Shown here: positions 59,126-64,000 of the stretch, piece by piece | How positions within the stretch are numbered: the first letter of the stretch is position 1 | Layout: the number at the start of each line of letters is the position of its first letter | DNA from: a virus | Direction: 5' to 3' (one strand) | IMG/VR virus record: IMGVR_UViG_3300027763_000027 | Location: 107,917-171,916 of that record | DNA: 64,000 nt | Translations under genes and position numbers: made by a program | The notes under the pieces: generated by a model | Told to the model about the DNA's origin: nothing | What the model saw: only the letters and a program-made list of their open reading frames with translations | Database searches by the model: none

Positions 59126-62100
59126 ATGGCAAATAAAATTAAAAACCCTTGGGATATAGATTTTGATAATACTTATAGTAAACAAATTGACCCTTGGAAT
59201 ACAGATTTTGATGATTTTATAATTGGGGGAGGCTATTCAACTGAACCTCAACCTCCAATTGGACCAAGTCAACCTCCAGGAGATCCTCCAATTGGACCAA
59301 GTCAACCTCCAGCAGATCCTCCAATTGGACCAAGTCAACCTCCAGCAGATCCTCCAATTGGACCAAGTCAACCTCCAGGAGATCCTCCAATTGGACCAAG
59401 TCAACCTCCAGCAGATCCTCCAGTTGCTACGAGTGCTCCAGTTGCTACGAGTGCTCCAGTTGCTACGAGTGCTCCAGTTGCTACGAGTGCTCCAGTTGCT
59501 ACATCTGCCCCAACAACAGGAAGTGGATCAGGAACAGGTGCTCCAGTTGCGACTCCATATGTCGGTACGAGAGCTCCATATGCTACAGAAGCTCCATATG
59601 TTCCAAGTCCAAGTCCAGGTCCAAGTCCAGGGCCAAGTCCAGGGCCAAGTCCAGGGCCAAGTCCAGGGCCAAGTCCAGGGCCAAGTCCAGGGCCAAGTCC
59701 AGGTCCAGCTCCATCACCTCCAGTTGAACCTCCAGTTCAACCTCCAGTTGAACCTCCAGTTCAACCTCCAACACCAACTCCAGGAACAAGTGCTCCAGGA
59801 ACAAGTGCTCCAGGAACAAGTGCTCCATCAACAAAAGCTCCAGGAACAAGTGCTCCATCAACAAAAGCTCCATCAACAGCTCCTCCAACATCTCCGCCAA
59901 CAGCTGCCCCAACAAAAGCACCGACAGCACCGCCAACATTCGCACCAACACCATGTATGTGTGAATGGCCATCCAATACATGCACTAACTCAAGAGTAGC
60001 AACCGCATCAATTGTTGGCGATAAGGTATATATTAATAATATATGTTTTAATGATTATTTTGTTAATTGGAGTATTCGTATTAACAATTTAACGCCTAGT
60101 TTAATGGGATTAAGTAGTTCACCTTTAAATTCTGGACAATGTGCAGATCCCCGATGTTTATCATACGCTTTTGAAGGTCTTTATAGTCAAGCTAAAAATT
60201 ATTTAATAGAAGGTGGAAATACAGTAACTGTTGAATTTTCAGTTCGTTGCGGTTGCAATAATAGAATATATACTTTTGTTGATAGCGCAATTTTTTATTT
60301 TTCTCACCCGACAACAGCTGCACCAACAAAAGCACCGACAGCACCGCCAACAGTTGCTCCAACAGTAGCACCAACAGCACCGCCAACAAGTGCTCCAACA
60401 GCTGCTCCAACAAAAGCACCGACAGCACCGCCAACAGTTGCTCCAACAGCTGCTCCAACAAAAGCACCGACAGCACCGCCAACAGTAGCTCCAACAGTAG
60501 CTCCAACAGTTGCACCAACAGTAGCACCGACAGCACCGCCAACAAGTGCTCCAACAGTTGGACCAACAGTAGCACCGACAGGACCGCCAACAAGTGCTCC
60601 AACAGTTGGACCAACAGTAGCACCAACAGTAGCACCGACAGCACCGCCAACAAGTGCTCCAACAGCTGCTCCAACAAAAGCACCGACAGCACCGCCAACA
60701 GTTGCTCCAACAGCTGCTCCAACAAAAGCACCGACAGCACCGCCAACAGCTGCACCACAGAATATTATAACTTTTATTAAAAAAGGAATAATAAAAATTA
60801 ATCACTCTGAAACTAATTTGTTTTCAAGATTTTCTCTTAAAAATTTAATTTCTGGTATTGGTAAGATAGTATTAAATAGAAATATTACAACTACTGCTCC
60901 AACAGCTGCTCCAACAAAAGCACCGACAGCACCGCCAACAAGTGCACCAACAGTAGCACCAACAGTAGCACCAACAGCACCGCCAACAAGTGCACCAACA
61001 GTAGCACCAACAGCACCGCCAACAAGTGCACCAACAGTAGCACCAACAGCACCGCCAACAAGTGCTCCAACAGTTGCACCAACAGTAGCACCAACGGTAG
61101 CTCCAACATCAGCACCAGTAATGATGACATGGGCGCCAGTAGCAATAGTCTCACAAGATTATACTATGGTAACAAAAACAGGAGACACTAGTCTTTATGC
61201 TCTTGTTAAACAAAATGGCATCGAAACTCAATATAATATAAACTCTGGATCTTACGCAAGTACAACTATGCTAGTCAAGTATGATCCATCTGATGAAAGT
61301 CCATCTTTTGTATACTCTGCGCCAAGTGGAAGTAGTTATGTATTAAATTATTTAAAATTAAATAACGGAAATTGGGAAGGAAAAACGGTTGGAAGCATGG
61401 GCTCTAGCGTAGAGAAAGACTCCATAGATCTTCAGTATGATCCAGCAGATAATTTGCCAGCTTGTATCTTATTTGATTCAGATGTGAATGATTTAAATTA
61501 TTATAAATATAATGGTTCTTCTTTCGTTAAAACAACAATACTCGATGGATTAGTAAATAGTAACAATGTAACACAAAATAAAGATACAGTAAAATATGCT
61601 AATTTGAATTTTGATCCAAGTGATAACTATCCAGTTGTATCATATTTACAACAACAATATAGACCAATCGTTGAAACTAATCCAAGTAGATTAGTAGGAT
61701 ATACTTATAGTATATTTAAATATGCAAAATACAATGGATCATCTTGGACAACAGAAACAATAAATACATTTGGTCAAAAACCATTATATACTCTTGATAC
61801 TTCAACTGATAAAAAACATATAAGCACAAAATTTATGAATTCAAAAAATCAACCAGCAGTTTTCTTTGGAGGAAATACTACTGGAATTTTTGCTAATACG
61901 AGAAGAAATAATATTTGGAGATCTGGAGCGCACTATGATTTGGGTGGAAGTATTATATACGAAAAACCACAAATTGAACCTTATCAAAATGCTAATGATG
62001 CTTTTTATTTAAGTTATACAAGAAGAAATAATTCTATGGACAGTGGTTTATACATTGAAGGTGTTCAATATCTTGATTTTGTATTATTTGATAATAGTAG

Positions 62101-64000
62101 CACCAATATACAACAATATAGTTATCCAAAATATACTCTAATAACTGGATCAGGAATAGATATTAATAAAAACACTATATTAAAAGTAGATTCTGATCTT
62201 AATCCTATTGTTTTCTATAAAAAAGATAATATTATTAAATATTCAAAATATACAGGATATAATTTTGATGACCTTACTTATTGGTCTAATAATTATTATA
62301 ATCCAGGTTTTTCTAGCGAAAACACTTTGAAAAATTTAAACAATTCGAGTTCTTACGAATTTGGATTTGACTTTTTAACAAAAAATTTTAAAGCATATGC
62401 AATTAATGATAATGTATTTAGCGAATATAAATATCCATATTCTACAACTACAAGTCAAACAATTAATGCTTTTTTCCCTGTATATTCTTCTAAAATTAAA
62501 ATAAATCCAGTTACAAAACAACCCAATTTAATGTTTGTTGGGGCAAATGTAATGCAATATTCTTACCCAATTAATAATCAAAGAACATCTTGGACAGGAT
62601 TAAAGTTTCCTTCTGGAGATCTCTATTTTAGTGGTAAAAATTTTCCTTGTCTTTTAACTGCAGCTTATAATGGAACATTTGATTTTGATAAAGATACAAA
62701 TCAAGTCCTTATGCATGCTCAGGGTTATGGTAGTGGTGCTAATAGTTCTTATTATGGTTCTTTTATATTTAAAAAAGATTTAATTGGCTCAGGATATACA
62801 TATTATAATACTCCGTATACTGGTTCTTATAATGCGGCAAGTAATTTCAAAGTTAATCCAATCACAAAGCAATATTGTTTAATATTTTCAAATTATGACA
62901 CTACCGCTGATAAAGGTTTAACATATTGCGAGATGAATCCAAATACAAATATTTGGACAAAAACAAATATTGAACCAACCGCAAGACAAACAGCTAGAAT
63001 TAATTTAGACTTTAAAAGCAATGGTTATCCAATAACTGCTTACACAACAATAAGTGGCTCAACTGGATTTCTAAAAATAGCAGAATATGATGGTTCAAAT
63101 TGGACAAAAACGGTAATTCATTCTGGAGCATATAACTTTAGTAATGTATTTTATGAATTTGATTTTAAATATAACTCTGGAGAAAATTACTATGGAGCTA
63201 CATTTATCGATAGCGTCACCTATTCTCCAGATAGAAGTGGATTTTATATAACAAATAAAGGCGGAATAATTAAAAAATACAACTGGAATCAAAGTGGTAT
63301 TAATTCATCAACCAATAGATTGTTTTTTAAAGGATACAAAGGGGAGACGATGCCTTTTATTCTCACACAGAAAAGCTCTTCCCCTTATGCAGATTTTATA
63401 TATCTAAAAAATGAAAATTTTGTAACAGGAGTATTTGTAAGTAATTTGAATATGTTTTCTTCAAACAAGGAAGCGATATTAGTGGATGATACTCAAATAG
63501 CAACAGCTCCTGCACCTGCGCCAACAGCTCCACCCACTGTTGCACCAACAGTAGCACCAACAAGTGCTCCAACAGTTGCACCAACAGTAGCACCAACAGC
63601 ACCGCCAACAAGTGCTCCAACAGTTGCACCAACAGTAGCACCAACAGCACCGCCAACAACTGCACCAACAGTTGCACCAACAAGTGCTCCAACAGTTGCT
63701 CCAACAAAAGCACCGACAGCACCGCCAACAACTGCACCAACAGTTGCACCAACAAGTGCTCCAACAGTTGCTCCAACAAAAGCACCGACAGCACCGCCAA
63801 CAACTGCACCAACAGTTGCACCAACAAGTGCTCCAACAGTTGCTCCAACAAAAGCACCGACAGCACCGCCAACAAGTGCTCCAACAGTTGCACCAACAGT
63901 AGCACCAACGGTAGCTCCAACATCAGCACCAGTAATGATGACATGGGCGCCAGTAGCAATAGTCTCACAAGATTATACTATGGTAACAAAAACAGGAGAC
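59126..64000 (+). CDS. Very large Pro/Thr/Ala-rich mucin-like surface/virion protein, 3'-truncated (>1600 aa; absent from ORF track)
   Basis: ATG at 59126 (MANKIKNPWDIDF); open in the segments read near both ends, and the track lists no ORF here; PIGPSQPPAD, SPGP and PT(A/V/K)A repeats alternate with globular beta-rich domains. Confidence 0.8.
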   Translation, partial: MANKIKNPWDIDFDNTYSKQIDPWNTDFDDFIIGGGYSTEPQPPIGPSQPPGDPPIGPSQPPADPPIGPSQPPADPPIGPSQPPGDPPIGPSQPPADPPVATSAPVATSAPVATSAPVATSAPVATSAPTTGSGSGTGAPVATPYVGTRAPYATEAPYVPSPSPGPSPGPSPGPSPGPSPGPSPGPSPGPSPGPAPSPPVEPPVQPPVEPPVQPPTPTPGTSAPGTSAPGTSAPSTKAPGTSAPSTKAPSTAPPTSPPTAAPTKAPTAPPTFAPTPCMCEWPSNTCTNSRVATASIVGDKVYINNICFNDYFVNWSIRINNLTPSLMGLSSSPLNSGQCADPRCLSYAFEGLYSQAKNYLIEGGNTVTVEFSVRCGCNNRIYTFVDSAIFYFSHPTTAAPTKAPTAPPTVAPTVAPTAPPTSAPTAAPTKAPTAPPTVAPTAAPTKAPTAPPTVAPTVAPTVAPTVAPTAPPTSAPTVGPTVAPTGPPTSAPTVGPTVAPTVAPTAPPTSAPTAAPTKAPTAPPTVAPTAAPTKAPTAPPTAAPQNIITFIKKGIIKINHSETNLFSRFSLKNLISGIGKIVLNRNITTTAPTAAPTKAPTAPPTSAPTVAPTVAPTAPPTSAPTVAPTAPPTSAPTVAPTAPPTSAPTVAPTVAPTVAPTSAPVMMTWAPVAIVSQDYTMVTKTGDTSLYALVKQNGIETQYNINSGSYASTTMLVKYDPSDESPSFVYSAPSGSSYVLNYLKLNNGNWEGKTVGSMGSSVEKDSIDLQYDPADNLPACILFDSDVNDLNYYKYNGSSFVKTTILDGLVNSNNVTQNKDTVKYANLNFDPSDNYPVVSYLQQQYRPIVETNPSRLVGYTYSIFKYAKYNGSSWTTETINTFGQKPLYTLDTSTDKKHISTKFMNSKNQPAVFFGGNTTGIFANTRRNNIWRSGAHYDLGGSIIYEKPQIEPYQNANDAFYLSYTRRNNSMDSGLYIEGVQYLDFVLFDNSSTNIQQYSYPKYTLITGSGIDINKNTILKVDSDLNPIVFYKKDNIIKYSKYTGYNFDDLTYWSNNYYNPGFSSENTLKNLNNSSSYEFGFDFLTKNFKAYAINDNVFSEYKYPYSTTTSQTINAFFPVYSSKIKINPVTKQPNLMFVGANVMQYSYPINNQRTSWTGLKFPSGDLYFSGKNFPCLLTAAYNGTFDFDKDTNQVLMHAQGYGSGANSSYYGSFIFKKDLIGSGYTYYNTPYTGSYNAASNFKVNPITKQYCLIFSNYDTTADKGLTYCEMNPNTNIWTKTNIEPTARQTARINLDFKSNGYPITAYTTISGSTGFLKIAEYDGSNWTKTVIHSGAYNFSNVFYEFDFKYNSGENYYGATFIDSVTYSPDRSGFYITNKGGIIKKYNWNQSGINSSTNRLFFKGYKGETMPFILTQKSSSPYADFIYLKNENFVTGVFVSNLNMFSSNKEAILVDDTQIATAPAPAPTAPPTVAPTVAPTSAPTVAPTVAPTAPPTSAPTVAPTVAPTAPPTTAPTVAPTSAPTVAPTKAPTAPPTTAPTVAPTSAPTVAPTKAPTAPPTTAPTVAPTSAPTVAPTKAPTAPPTSAPTVAPTVAPTVAPTSAPVMMTWAPVAIVSQDYTMVTKTGD

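Overview
A 64-kb AT-rich segment of a large tailed dsDNA phage (Caudoviricetes). No cellular housekeeping genes, integrase, reverse transcriptase or cas genes are visible. The host is tentatively Verrucomicrobiota, based on one small DUF4032-like gene recognised from memory. Layout: (1) 1-16.8 kb, dense small + strand early/middle genes (HhH glycosylase-like, GT11, deaminase, 3D, SET, MazG, methyltransferase, DUF6878/6915, peptidases), many behind sigma70-like promoters placed so that transcripts are leaderless. (2) 16.8-28.5 kb, a distinct host-takeover-like island (DUF932, ArdC-like, Gp88-like, DksA-like, SleB-like, 4 tRNAs, a structured ncRNA candidate). It is partitioned by ten copies of a strictly spaced 75-bp element (27-bp palindrome + 21-bp GC-rich core + 27-bp palindrome, each arm resembling two back-to-back IHF boxes) plus solo arms. 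(3) 28.7-36.7 kb, sulfotransferase, PhoH, sigma-like factor and ERCC4 nuclease. (4) 36.7-45 kb, terminase-portal-protease/scaffold-capsid. (5) 45-64 kb, very large repeat-rich fibre/surface proteins including mucin-like Pro/Thr/Ala proteins, a lysis-like cassette, and a >1600-aa ORF missed by the ORF track that runs off the window. The best novelty candidates are the 75-bp cassette-bounding elements, two promoter-driven structured RNAs, tRNAs with atypical variable arms, and a possible virion glycosylation system. All family assignments come from recognised motifs, not database searches.
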